A program made the position numbers and the translations under genes. This document shows, piece after piece, positions 36,484-45,874 of a stretch of 64,000 nt of DNA. The notes under the pieces are model-generated. The model was given only the letters and a program-made list of their open reading frames with translations, ran no database searches and was not told the DNA's origin. Numbering within the stretch: the stretch's first letter is position 1; the number at the start of each line of letters is the position of its first letter. Origin of the DNA: Chloroflexota bacterium. Lineage in GTDB: Bacteria; Chloroflexota; Dehalococcoidia; UBA2979. The stretch lies in NCBI GenBank assembly GCA_027593235.1, contig JAQCIU010000006.1:1-64000 (forward strand), read 5' to 3'.

Positions 36484-38187
36484 ATGACGAAGTACGTCTT
36501 CATCACGGGGGGTGTGGTCAGCTCCGTTGGCAAGGGAATTGTCAGCGCGTCGCTGGGCCGCATCCTCAAAGCTCGCGGCGTTCGCGTCTCCATTCTCAAA
36601 CTCGACCCCTACCTCAACGTCGACCCCGGCACCATGTCGCCGTACCAGCACGGCGAGGTCTTCGTCACCGACGACGGCGCCGAGACCGATCTCGACCTCG
36701 GTCACTACGAGCGTTTCCTCGATGACGCGCTGACCGCCGCGAATTCCTCGTCCAGTGGCCAGGTCTACGAAGAGGTGATCCGCAAGGAGCGCCGCGGCGA
36801 CTACCTCGGCGGCACAATCCAGGCGATCCCCCACGTCACCAATGAGATCAAGCGCCGCATCCGCAAGGCCGGACAGGCCCTCGAGGCCGACGTCGTCCTC
36901 GTCGAGGTCGGCGGCACCGTCGGTGACATGGAGGGCCAGCCCTTCCTCGAGGCGATCAGCCAGATGCGCTACGCCGCGGACCCGCAGGACACCCTCTCGA
37001 TCCACGTCACCCTCTTGCCGCACCTCGGTGCCACCGGTGAGCAGAAGACCAAGCCAACCCAGCACTCCGTGCGCGAACTGCGTGCCTTCGGAATCGCACC
37101 CGACGTGATCGTCGCCCGCTCAGACCAACCGGTTCCCGAGGCCCTCCGCGAGAAGATCGCGCTCTTCTGCAACGTGAAGCGCAACGCCGTGATCCCGCTC
37201 GAGACCGCCGACTCCATCTACGAAGTTCCGCTCGTCCTCGAAGCCGCCGGGCTCGGGAAGATCGCGGCGGACCGCCTCGGCCTCGGCGATCAGACGCCCG
37301 ATCTCGAGGAATGGCGCTCCTTCGTCTCACGTCTGCAGCACCCGGACCGCCGTGCGCGCGTGGCGATCGTCGGCAAATACGTCGAATTGCACGACGCCTA
37401 CCTCTCAATCCGCGAAGCCCTCGTCCACGCCGGCGTACACCACGGCGCGGAACTCGAGTTCGACTGGGTCCACTCCGAAGACCTCGAAGTCCGCAGTGCC
37501 GAGGAAGTAATCGGCGAGGTGGATGGGATCCTGCTCTGCCCCGGCTTCGGTGATCGCGGCCTCGAGGGCAAAATCAACGCCGTCCGTTACGCACGCGAGA
37601 ACCTGATCCCGTACCTCGGCGACTGCCTCGGCCTGCAAATGCTCGTCGTCGAGTTCGCGCGCAACGTCGCTGGCATGCCCGAGGCGAACACCACCGAGGC
37701 CGATCCACGCACCCCCTTCCCGGTCATCTCCTTGCTCTCCGAGCAGCAGGAGGTCCACGACATGGGCGGCACAATGCGTCTGGGCGGCTACGACTGCCAG
37801 CTCGTCCCCGGCACCAAAGCCGCCGAGTGCTACGGCGCCGAAACCGTCCGCGAGCGGCACCGTCACCGCTACGAGGTGAACAACCAGTTCTTGCCGCAGC
37901 TCGAGCAGCACGGCCTCCGCGTCTCCGGTCACATGGCGGATGCCGGGCTCGTCGAGATCGTCGAACTCACCGATCACCCGTGGATGGTCGCCTCTCAGTT
38001 CCACCCCGAATTCACCAGCCGACCCAACCGCCCGAACCCCCTCTTCCGCGGGTTCGTCGGCGCGGCGCTGGAACACGCAGCGCAGCGAACACCGGCACAG
38101 ACCAACGGCGCATCCACACCCAGCCCCAACGGCGCTCCGGAACACGCACCGGCGGAACCGGCAGCCGCTGGGCCGGCGGTGAACTGA
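36484..38187 (+). CDS. pyrG: CTP synthase
   Basis: TGGVVSSVGKG, KLDPYLNVDPGTMSP, KTKPTQ, CLG, RHRHRYE, QFHPEF. Confidence 0.98.
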   Translation: MTKYVFITGGVVSSVGKGIVSASLGRILKARGVRVSILKLDPYLNVDPGTMSPYQHGEVFVTDDGAETDLDLGHYERFLDDALTAANSSSSGQVYEEVIRKERRGDYLGGTIQAIPHVTNEIKRRIRKAGQALEADVVLVEVGGTVGDMEGQPFLEAISQMRYAADPQDTLSIHVTLLPHLGATGEQKTKPTQHSVRELRAFGIAPDVIVARSDQPVPEALREKIALFCNVKRNAVIPLETADSIYEVPLVLEAAGLGKIAADRLGLGDQTPDLEEWRSFVSRLQHPDRRARVAIVGKYVELHDAYLSIREALVHAGVHHGAELEFDWVHSEDLEVRSAEEVIGEVDGILLCPGFGDRGLEGKINAVRYARENLIPYLGDCLGLQMLVVEFARNVAGMPEANTTEADPRTPFPVISLLSEQQEVHDMGGTMRLGGYDCQLVPGTKAAECYGAETVRERHRHRYEVNNQFLPQLEQHGLRVSGHMADAGLVEIVELTDHPWMVASQFHPEFTSRPNRPNPLFRGFVGAALEHAAQRTPAQTNGASTPSPNGAPEHAPAEPAAAGPAVN

Positions 38188-38263
38188 GCCCCGTGCGAAT
38201 TCCATCGTCGAATGACCAGCGCCCACGGCGTCGCGCACCCGCGCGTTGTGGACAGGGAGCATC

Positions 38264-38731
38264 GTGACCCTCGCCCGCTTCATCCACGTGATCGCTCTGC
38301 TCTACCTCGCCGCCGGCGTGGGCAACACCATCGTCCCCATCTGGCGTGCCTGGTTCCTGGATGAACTGGAGACGCGCGCGTTGCTGCTCAGCGAGGCGCA
38401 GCGGAACTACACCACCTGGCTGCTGCCGGGCATCATCGCCACCGGTATCAGCGGCTACTTCTACGCCGGGGTGCTGGAACTCAACGTCGTCACGGTCGGT
38501 TGGCTCGTCGCGATGCAGGTGGTCTGGCTCATCCAGATCTTCGTCTTCGTCCCGCTGCTCGGCCTCGGGCTCCGTCGCGTCCGCTTCCTCGCGCTCCAGT
38601 CCGCCAAGGACGGCGAGACGTCCGAGGAACTGCGGGACGCCCTCGCGGACAACGCACCGCTCGTCTTCGGTACGCTCATCGTCATCACGATTGTCATCAT
38701 GACCTGGCTGCCCATTTTCCGGCCGTTCTAA
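38264..38731 (+). CDS. DUF2269-like four-TM membrane protein
   Basis: FIHV near the N-terminus, four TM segments, RPF C-terminus. AGGGAG precedes GTG 38264. Confidence 0.7.
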   Translation: MTLARFIHVIALLYLAAGVGNTIVPIWRAWFLDELETRALLLSEAQRNYTTWLLPGIIATGISGYFYAGVLELNVVTVGWLVAMQVVWLIQIFVFVPLLGLGLRRVRFLALQSAKDGETSEELRDALADNAPLVFGTLIVITIVIMTWLPIFRPF

Positions 38732-38759
38732 GCCGTCTCAACACCTCGGAGGCAACGCA

Positions 38760-39407
38760 ATGCGCATCTTCATGGACACCGCCAACATCGAGGAAATCCG
38801 CCGCGGCGTCGCCATGGGCGTCGTCGACGGCGTCACCACCAACCCCTCGCTGGTCGCCAAAGAGGGCGTCGAGTACCGCGTCCGCGTCCTCGAGATCTGC
38901 GAGGCGGTGCAGGGCCCCGTCTCCGCCGAGTGCATCTCCGAAAGCGCCGACGAACTCGTCGAAGAAGCGCGCCGGATCGCCGGCTGGAACGAGCACGTCG
39001 TCGTGAAGATCCCGATGACCGAAGAAGGCCTCGGCGCAATCAAGCGTGTCAGCGCGGAGGGCATTAAAGTCAACGTCACGCTGATCTTCTCCGCGAACCA
39101 GGCACTCCTCGCCGCCCGCGCCGGCGCCACCTACGTCTCACCCTTCATCGGCCGCCTCAACGACGCCGGACACGACGGGATGGCCGTCGTCCGCGAGAGC
39201 GCGCAGATCTTCGAGACGTTCCACTTGCCGACCCAGGTCCTGGCCGCCAGCATCCGCCTCCCGCGCGACGTCACGGACGCTGCCCTCGCCGGTTCACACG
39301 TCGCCACCATCCCGGCCAGCGTGCTCTTCCAGATGGTCAAACACCCGCTCACCGATTCAGGGATCGAGCGTTTCCTCGCGGACGCAAAGAAGTACACCCC
39401 CGTCTAG
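38760..39407 (+). CDS. tal: Small transaldolase (TalC/Fsa family)
   Basis: DTAN, GVTTNPSL, VSAE, VVKIP (Schiff-base Lys), NVTLIFS, YVSPFIGR. The Glu/Phe pair indicates transaldolase rather than FSA. Confidence 0.93.
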   Translation: MRIFMDTANIEEIRRGVAMGVVDGVTTNPSLVAKEGVEYRVRVLEICEAVQGPVSAECISESADELVEEARRIAGWNEHVVVKIPMTEEGLGAIKRVSAEGIKVNVTLIFSANQALLAARAGATYVSPFIGRLNDAGHDGMAVVRESAQIFETFHLPTQVLAASIRLPRDVTDAALAGSHVATIPASVLFQMVKHPLTDSGIERFLADAKKYTPV

Positions 39408-39540
39408 CAAACATCGTCAGCATGGCGCCGGTAGGCGCCGCCGGGGATTCCCCGACTTGTCGAACAAAGGCCCAGTTCGCTAGGATGAGCGCGGTCGCAG
39501 TTCGCGACACTCTCTTCTTCGCCCGAAAGCACCCATACAT

Positions 39541-41007
39541 ATGACGAGTACTTCGCGTGGGCGCGACAACGCGTCCTCGACCCAACGCAACGATCGCGGT
39601 GGCGATCGAAACGGCGGCGGCGGCGGTGATCGCAACGACCGTGGTGGCGAAGGCCGCCGACGGCGGCGACCGCGCACCGGACGCCCCTCACGCGAGTGGG
39701 AGCGCGATGACGAGCCCGAGGCACCTACCGATCCCAGCGTGCCCGCGGTCAACATCTCCGACATGGACCAGTTGGCCCGCGAATCACTGATCGACCTCGC
39801 GACCGAGACCTTCGATGTCGAACTCGCCGCGGGCATGCCCCGACATGAAATTATCTACCGGATCCTGCAACGGCAGGCTCAGCGCAACGGAACCATCTAC
39901 TCCGGCGGCGTGATCAACATCGTGGACGACGGCTTCGGCTTCCTCCGCGGCGATTCCCTCCGACCCGGTCCGAACGACGTTTACGTCTCCCAATCTCAGA
40001 TTCGCCGCTTCGGTTTGCGTCCGGGCGACTACGTCACCGGCCAGGTACGTCAGCCCAAGGACTCAGAGAAGTACTACGGGCTGCTGCGCGTTGAGACCGT
40101 GAACGGTGTGGATCCGGAGGTCGCCAAGCGACGACCGGACTTCGACGCCCTCACCCCCATCTTCCCGAACAAAATGATGCGCCTGTCCACGACCCCGGAA
40201 GAAGTCAGCCAGCGGATGGTCGACCTGTTCGCGCCGATCGGGCGCGGTCAGCGGGGCCTGATCGTTTCGCCGCCGAAGGCCGGCAAGACGATGCTGCTGA
40301 AGTCGCTGGCGCACGGCATCATCGCGAACCACCCCGACATCCACCTGATGGTCTTCCTGATCGGCGAGCGGCCCGAGGAAGTCACGGACATGCGTCGTTC
40401 GGTCCGCGGCGAGGTGATCGCGTCGACCTTCGACGAGCCGGTCGAGGATCACACGCGTGTGACCGAGGCTGCCCTCGAGCGCGCGAAGCGCCTCGTCGAG
40501 AGTGGCACCGACGTTGTGATCCTGATGGACTCGATCACGCGTCTGACGCGTGCCTACAACACCAACCTGCCGACCAGCGGTCGCACGCTGTCCGGTGGTA
40601 TCGACCCGGTCGCCCTCTACCCGCCGAAGCGCTTCTTCGGCGCGGCGCGAAACACCGAGGAGGGTGGGTCGTTGACCATCATCGCGACCTGCCTGATCGA
40701 AACCGGTTCGCGCATGGATGACGTCATCTTCGAGGAGTTCAAGGGCACCGGGAACATGGAACTGCGGCTCGTCCGCCGGCTCGCTGAGAAGCGTGTGTAC
40801 CCGGCCATCGACGTGCTCGGTTCCGGTACCCGGCGCGAGGATCTCCTCTTCGAGGAAGACGAACTTAAGCAGATCTGGCTGCTCCGTCGCATGGCCTCGA
40901 TGCTCGAGGAAGACAGCGGTGACGCCGCCGAGCGCGTGCTCGAGCGCATCAGCCGCACCGAGACAAACGAGGAATTCCTGCTCTCGCTCAAGGCCGGCTC
41001 TGTTTAG
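39541..41007 (+). CDS. rho: Transcription termination factor Rho
   Basis: DGFGFLR, DVYVS.SQIRRFGLR.GD, GRGQRGLIVSPPKAGKT, LIGERPEEVTD, DSITRL, EFKGTGNME. Confidence 0.98.
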   Translation: MTSTSRGRDNASSTQRNDRGGDRNGGGGGDRNDRGGEGRRRRRPRTGRPSREWERDDEPEAPTDPSVPAVNISDMDQLARESLIDLATETFDVELAAGMPRHEIIYRILQRQAQRNGTIYSGGVINIVDDGFGFLRGDSLRPGPNDVYVSQSQIRRFGLRPGDYVTGQVRQPKDSEKYYGLLRVETVNGVDPEVAKRRPDFDALTPIFPNKMMRLSTTPEEVSQRMVDLFAPIGRGQRGLIVSPPKAGKTMLLKSLAHGIIANHPDIHLMVFLIGERPEEVTDMRRSVRGEVIASTFDEPVEDHTRVTEAALERAKRLVESGTDVVILMDSITRLTRAYNTNLPTSGRTLSGGIDPVALYPPKRFFGAARNTEEGGSLTIIATCLIETGSRMDDVIFEEFKGTGNMELRLVRRLAEKRVYPAIDVLGSGTRREDLLFEEDELKQIWLLRRMASMLEEDSGDAAERVLERISRTETNEEFLLSLKAGSV

Positions 41008-41166
41008 GATTTGTTAACTGATCGCCCTTCCAGTTGACGATTGCGTGCCGAACGCGTGCTAGGATTGCGCCCATCGCGCGGACAGCCGTCCGTTCGTCGG
41101 TCGACCAGCTCCGAGGCCGCAAGAGGCGGCCTCACACCCATGGCGGGGTAACGCGGAGGCGGACCG

Positions 41167-42342
41167 ATTCGAGGAACTATTCAGCCGCCGCGCCAGGAGC
41201 GCCGGGGCCGTGAATCACGGCGCCGAGCACTGCACAACGGATCTCATCGAGGTCTGTCGACGCGGCCGCTGATCCACGCCGGCATGTTCGTCTCGATCTT
41301 CGCGCTGGTCGCGATCTTCGGGCTCTTTCCTGTGCACTCCGGTGGCGCCGCCCTCGACCCGCAACTCCAGGTCAACCAGCTCAGCTTCCCCGGCCTCGCC
41401 GCCTCCGCACCGCTCGTCGCGCAGACGGAGCTCCAGGCCTCGCCACAGCCGCTCACCGTCAAGGCGCCGTATGTCTCCGAAGGCACCATCCTCGGCGCCG
41501 ACAACGTAACCGACACCGAAATCCAGACGCGCGCGGCCGCGCAGCAGAACGACTCGGTCACGGTTGCTGGCGCGGACACCCAGCAGGCCACGCGCGTCGC
41601 GATGTACCAGAACTACATCGTTCAATCGGGCGATACGGTTACGTCGATCGCGGCGGCGTTCGGCCTCGAAACCAACTACATCATCTGGAACAACCTCGAC
41701 CTCGAGGATCCGAACCGGGTCTCGACCGGTACCCAGATCATCGTTCCCTACGTCCCCGGCATCGTTCACGCTGTTGAGTTCGATGACACGCTGACGGAAA
41801 TCGCGCGCCTCTACGACGCCAGCGTCGACGACATCCTCTACTTCGAAGCGAACTCCATCGGCGACCCCAACGTGCTGGTCGCCGACCGTTACATCTTCGT
41901 GCCCGGCGGCCGGCGACTGCCGAATCCTGCGCCATCGATCCGACCGGGGGCCAATCAGGCGCCGCCGGACACCGGGTCGTGGGGTTGGCCGGCGCAGGTG
42001 AACGGCCTGCTCACCTCCGAGTTCGGCGCGTACCACCCACTCGGGATCGACCTCGCGATGCCGAACGGCACACCGATCGTCGCCTCTCGCGGGGGCTATG
42101 TACAGTTCGCCGGTGGCGACCAATGGGTGTCGTACGGGTTCTACATCAAGATCGACCATGGCGACGGTTGGGAGACCACCTACGCCCACCTCACCAGCTT
42201 CGAGGTGCCGTCCGGCGTCTACGTCAACCAGGGCGACGTGATCGGCTACAGCGGAAACAGTGGCCACTCGACCGGCCCCCACCTGCACTTCGAGCTGCGC
42301 TACTACGGCGACCCGACGAACCCACTCGACTACATCCAGTAA
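41167..42342 (+). CDS. LysM x2 + M23 peptidase (membrane-anchored cell-wall endopeptidase); start probably ATT 41167, first ATG at 41284
   Basis: YIVQSGDT and HAVEFDDTL LysM repeats. M23 motifs HPLGID, YAHL, STGPHLHFE. GGAGG lies 7 nt before the in-frame ATT. Confidence 0.9.
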   Translation: MRGTIQPPRQERRGRESRRRALHNGSHRGLSTRPLIHAGMFVSIFALVAIFGLFPVHSGGAALDPQLQVNQLSFPGLAASAPLVAQTELQASPQPLTVKAPYVSEGTILGADNVTDTEIQTRAAAQQNDSVTVAGADTQQATRVAMYQNYIVQSGDTVTSIAAAFGLETNYIIWNNLDLEDPNRVSTGTQIIVPYVPGIVHAVEFDDTLTEIARLYDASVDDILYFEANSIGDPNVLVADRYIFVPGGRRLPNPAPSIRPGANQAPPDTGSWGWPAQVNGLLTSEFGAYHPLGIDLAMPNGTPIVASRGGYVQFAGGDQWVSYGFYIKIDHGDGWETTYAHLTSFEVPSGVYVNQGDVIGYSGNSGHSTGPHLHFELRYYGDPTNPLDYIQ

Positions 42343-42457
42343 CCGCACCGCCCGCGATCCAGTTACCGCCGAGGTTCATGCACCACACCCGAGGCACGGC
42401 GACGCCCGCGAGGCGTCCCGTCGCTTCCGCTGCGTGCAAGCGTGGTGGGGTGTGGCG

Positions 42458-43105
42458 CTACCCGCGCGACTCGAGGATGACCATCCGTCGCTTGTCGCCC
42501 AGCGTCCGTCGGTTCACCGTGAGCCGCGAAATCGCCTCTTCGGGCTGGTCGCCGACCGCCTCGAGGAACGCCTTCAGCTCGGCCGATTCGCCGCTTGCCG
42601 GTGGCTCGTAACCGACCGGGATAACCATCCGCGGCTCGAGCGCGCGCACGATCTTCGCCGCTGCTTCTGGACCCAGACCGCCCGGCAGCGCAATCGGCAG
42701 GATCAGGATGTCCACATCCCCCAGCGCCTCGGACTGGTGGCCCGTCGGCGGCTGGCCCAGACCACCGAGGTGCGCGAACGTCATTTCCTCGGACTCCCCG
42801 ATGTAGATCGTCGTCGCTTCGGGCGTCTGATCTTCCGCCTCGGCCGCGACCGGCCAGAGCGCGCGAATACCCTCGATGTGCACGCCCAGGATCTCGTACT
42901 CGCCGGGACCGTCCACGATCACCGGTTCGCCCTTGATCCCCTTCACGTGGCTGTGTTGCGGGTGATCGACACGACTGATCGTAGCGATCTCCCCCGCCGG
43001 GCGCCCCATGTCATGCCCCGCCGATCGATCCGTCGGATCCATCACGATCGCCGCCTGACGGGTGCGCACGCGTACGGCCGCATGGCCGAGCCAGGTGATA
43101 TCCAC
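42458..43105 (-). CDS. MBL-fold protein (lactamase_B_3-like) with altered metal ligands
   Basis: ITWLGHA, DP, GPGEYE, HLGGLG, VDIL..P, EPR.VIP. GTG start placed at 43105. Confidence 0.82.
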   Translation of the reverse strand: MDITWLGHAAVRVRTRQAAIVMDPTDRSAGHDMGRPAGEIATISRVDHPQHSHVKGIKGEPVIVDGPGEYEILGVHIEGIRALWPVAAEAEDQTPEATTIYIGESEEMTFAHLGGLGQPPTGHQSEALGDVDILILPIALPGGLGPEAAAKIVRALEPRMVIPVGYEPPASGESAELKAFLEAVGDQPEEAISRLTVNRRTLGDKRRMVILESRG

Positions 43106-43216
43106 AGGTGCTCCGAGTCTTTCGAGGAGAGATGCCGATCGTATCGAGGTGGCTCCGCATGAACCACCTCGCCGCCCGTGTGCAGGTGACCTGACCCGCA
43201 CGAACCGACGCTACCG

Positions 43217-44548
43217 CTAAACCGGATCCTCGGGGATCGCCAGCACCTCGGACACCGCCGGTGGCTCAAACGCTCGCATCGCCGTCGGGTGCGCGAGCAA
43301 GATCGCGGCGTTGTGGGCCCAGCCGGTCGCGTTGATCATGCAGACCAGCACGTGGTCGTCGCGCATGCCCCGCGCGTTGCCGTCCAGGTCCACCTCCGCG
43401 TCTTCCACTTCCAGGTTCAGCGTCGGCGGGATCTTCTTGCGATGCATCGCCTCCAGCATCACCGCCAGTGTCAGTGGCCCGGACGCGCCAAGCAGGTGCC
43501 CAAAATGGCCCTTCAGCGCCGGGGTGTAGAGGTGATGCCGCGTCGACGCGCCGAAAATTCGGCGCACGCCCAGCGCCTCCGTGCGGTCGCCCGCCACGCT
43601 CCCGGCGGCGTGCAGCGCGATCACGTCCACCTCCGCCTGGATCCGCCCGCTCGAAACCAGCGCCAGTTGCAGCGCCTGCCCGATCTGCTCCGCCTCCATC
43701 GAGGGTGTCCCGCCACTGCCCGGCGAGAACGTCATCCCCACGCCCTCGATCTCCGCCAGCACCTTCGCGCCGCGCGCCTCCGCTACCTCCAGCGCCTCGA
43801 GCGTTACGAGTGCCGCGCCCTCCCCGAGCACGAAGCCGTCCCGCGCCGCGTCCAGCGGTCGCGATGCGCCCGCCGGGGCGTCGTTGCGCGTCGAGAGCGC
43901 GCCGGTCCCCTGGAACGCCGCCAGCGTCAGCGGCGTGATCGGCGCGTCCGCCCCGCCGGCGATCGCCACCAGCGCGTCGCCGCGTCGGATCATCGCCGCC
44001 GCCTCGATGATCGAGTTCAGTCCACCCGCCGATCGGTTTTCGATCTGCAGCACCGGCCCGGTCACGCCCAGCAGCGCCGCGATGCGCTCGGCCGGGGCGT
44101 GCGGTCGTGCGTGCGCCGCCAGTATCGAGGCCGCGCCATCGATGTCGCCCGCGATCAGCGCGCGCGCGCCCGCCAGAAGCACATCCTCTTCCGGTCGCTC
44201 GGAGGCCATCACCACCGCGACCTGGCCGCGGTTCTGCGGCGTGAAGGTCAGTCCCGCGCCCTGTACCGCGGACAGCGCCGCGCTGACCGCGAACCGCGCT
44301 CGCAGATCGAGCGACTGCCAGTACGCCTCGTCGAAGCGGTGATCGTGCGCCAGCGCGTCCGGGACCTCCGCCGCGATCCGCGTGGCGAAACCCGAGGCGT
44401 CAAAGCGTGTAATCGGGCCGACACCCGAACGCCCGTCCTCGATCGCCTGCCAGACGTCGCCGGTGGTGCGCCCCAGCGAGCACACCACCCCAACGCCCGT
44501 GATCACGACGCGCCGTTCCGCGCTCCCACTGTCCGAGGTATTGACCAT
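43217..44548 (-). CDS. FabF-like ketosynthase lacking the catalytic Cys (Cys->Ser)
   Basis: RRVVITGVG, SRPLD..RDGFVLGEGA, ALHAAGS, KGHFGHLLGASG. ENRSAGG aligns with TACASG of the window's own FabF. Confidence 0.9.
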   Translation of the reverse strand: MVNTSDSGSAERRVVITGVGVVCSLGRTTGDVWQAIEDGRSGVGPITRFDASGFATRIAAEVPDALAHDHRFDEAYWQSLDLRARFAVSAALSAVQGAGLTFTPQNRGQVAVVMASERPEEDVLLAGARALIAGDIDGAASILAAHARPHAPAERIAALLGVTGPVLQIENRSAGGLNSIIEAAAMIRRGDALVAIAGGADAPITPLTLAAFQGTGALSTRNDAPAGASRPLDAARDGFVLGEGAALVTLEALEVAEARGAKVLAEIEGVGMTFSPGSGGTPSMEAEQIGQALQLALVSSGRIQAEVDVIALHAAGSVAGDRTEALGVRRIFGASTRHHLYTPALKGHFGHLLGASGPLTLAVMLEAMHRKKIPPTLNLEVEDAEVDLDGNARGMRDDHVLVCMINATGWAHNAAILLAHPTAMRAFEPPAVSEVLAIPEDPV

Positions 44549-44550
44549 GG

Positions 44551-45633
44551 CTACAGGTATACCGGAGCGGAGCGTTGACCGGCGGTCGGTGTCGCGGCGC
44601 GTGCTTCTGGCGCCGCTGCGGCGGCGCATGACGCGTCGGCAGGCTCACCGCGCTGGGCGGCCCATTCCACCACCGTCGCCCCCCACGTCAGCCCCACGCC
44701 AATCGTGCAGAGCAGCACCCGGTCGCGCGGTCGTAGTCGCCCACTCGCCTGCGCCTCCGCCAGCGCGATCGGCAACGTCGCGCTCGAGGTATTCGCGTAA
44801 CGGTCGATCGTCACCATCATCCGCTCGTCCGAAACGCCCAGCGCCCGCGCCACCGCCGTCATGATCCGCAGGTTCGCCTGGTGCGGCACGAACAGATCGA
44901 TCTCCTCGATGCTCCTGCCGGCCATCGCCATCGCCTGACGGCACGCGTTCGTCATCTCTGTCACCGCTCCGCGGAACAGCGCGCGGCCGTTCATCACGAT
45001 CTGCGCCTCCTGTCGCAGCGCACCCAGTGGCGAAGCGGGACCCCCCGCGTACACCACGTCCGCGCGCGCCGCGTCCGAGCGCATCACAATCGCGCCCAAT
45101 GTCCCCGGTTCGCCCGGCTCCGCGGGCTCCAGCAACGACGCGCCGGCGCCATCACCGAACAGCACGCAGGTGTTGCGATCGGTCCAGTCGAGGATCCGCG
45201 TGATCGCCTCCGTCCCCACGACCACCACGCGGCGCGCGGCGCCAGTCGCGATGTACTGCGAACCGATGCTCAGCCCCAGCAGATAGCTCGCGCAGGCCGC
45301 GTTCACATCGAACGAGGTCGCGCGATCGGCGCCAATCGCCTGCTGAATGCGCGTCGCCACCGCCGGGAACATTCCGTCAGGCGAACACGTCCCCGCGATC
45401 ACCAGATCGATCGTCGCGGGATCGACCTCGGCCCGATCGAGCATCCGCCGCACCGCCTCGGCCCCCAGCGTGCTCGCCGCCTCGTGCGGCGCCGCGATCC
45501 GCTGCTCACGGATGCCCGTACGTGTCCGGATCCAATCGTCGTTCGTATCGACCAGGCGCTCCAGCTCGGAGTTCGGCATCACCCGCTCGGGAAGATAGGC
45601 GCCGGTAGCGGTGATGCGAGCAGCTGGTGTCAT
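44551..45633 (-). CDS. fabH: Beta-ketoacyl-ACP synthase III
   Basis: DTNDDWIRTRTGI, DVNAACAS, DR.TCVLFGDGAGA, PHQAN.RI, NTSSA, GLTWG. Cys-His-Asn triad intact. Confidence 0.95.
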   Translation of the reverse strand: MTPAARITATGAYLPERVMPNSELERLVDTNDDWIRTRTGIREQRIAAPHEAASTLGAEAVRRMLDRAEVDPATIDLVIAGTCSPDGMFPAVATRIQQAIGADRATSFDVNAACASYLLGLSIGSQYIATGAARRVVVVGTEAITRILDWTDRNTCVLFGDGAGASLLEPAEPGEPGTLGAIVMRSDAARADVVYAGGPASPLGALRQEAQIVMNGRALFRGAVTEMTNACRQAMAMAGRSIEEIDLFVPHQANLRIMTAVARALGVSDERMMVTIDRYANTSSATLPIALAEAQASGRLRPRDRVLLCTIGVGLTWGATVVEWAAQRGEPADASCAAAAAPEARAATPTAGQRSAPVYL

Positions 45634-45794
45634 CGGATCCCCCGATCCCCTGTGCGGGGCGACATCGTACGACGTACAGCAGCGACTAACGGGTTCCCCA
45701 CCCGGAACTTCCCGCCTCAACTGCATGGCAGCACCGCGAGCAACCCCCGATCGCCCATTCGATCACTAATCTGATCAGTTGGGGCACACCCGCG

Positions 45795-45823
45795 TTGACC
45801 CGATTTCAGTGCCCGCATACAAT
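45795..45823 (+). promoter_or_regulatory. Sigma70/SigA promoter of the hrcA operon
   Basis: TTGACC-N17-TACAAT. Confidence 0.85.
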
Positions 45824-45835
45824 CGAGTTCGTCGA

Positions 45836-45862
45836 TTAGCACTCTCACCTCGAGAGTGCTAA
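45836..45862 (+). promoter_or_regulatory. CIRCE element (HrcA operator)
   Basis: Exact TTAGCACTC-N9-GAGTGCTAA directly before the hrcA RBS. Confidence 0.98.
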
Positions 45863-45874
45863 CGGAGGGAAATC

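Noticed and set aside
41066-41283. c-di-AMP (ydaO) riboswitch upstream of the LysM/M23 gene
   Set aside because: Only a GTGAATC fragment resembles it; the conserved 3' half is missing and the region is better explained as coding from ATT 41167.
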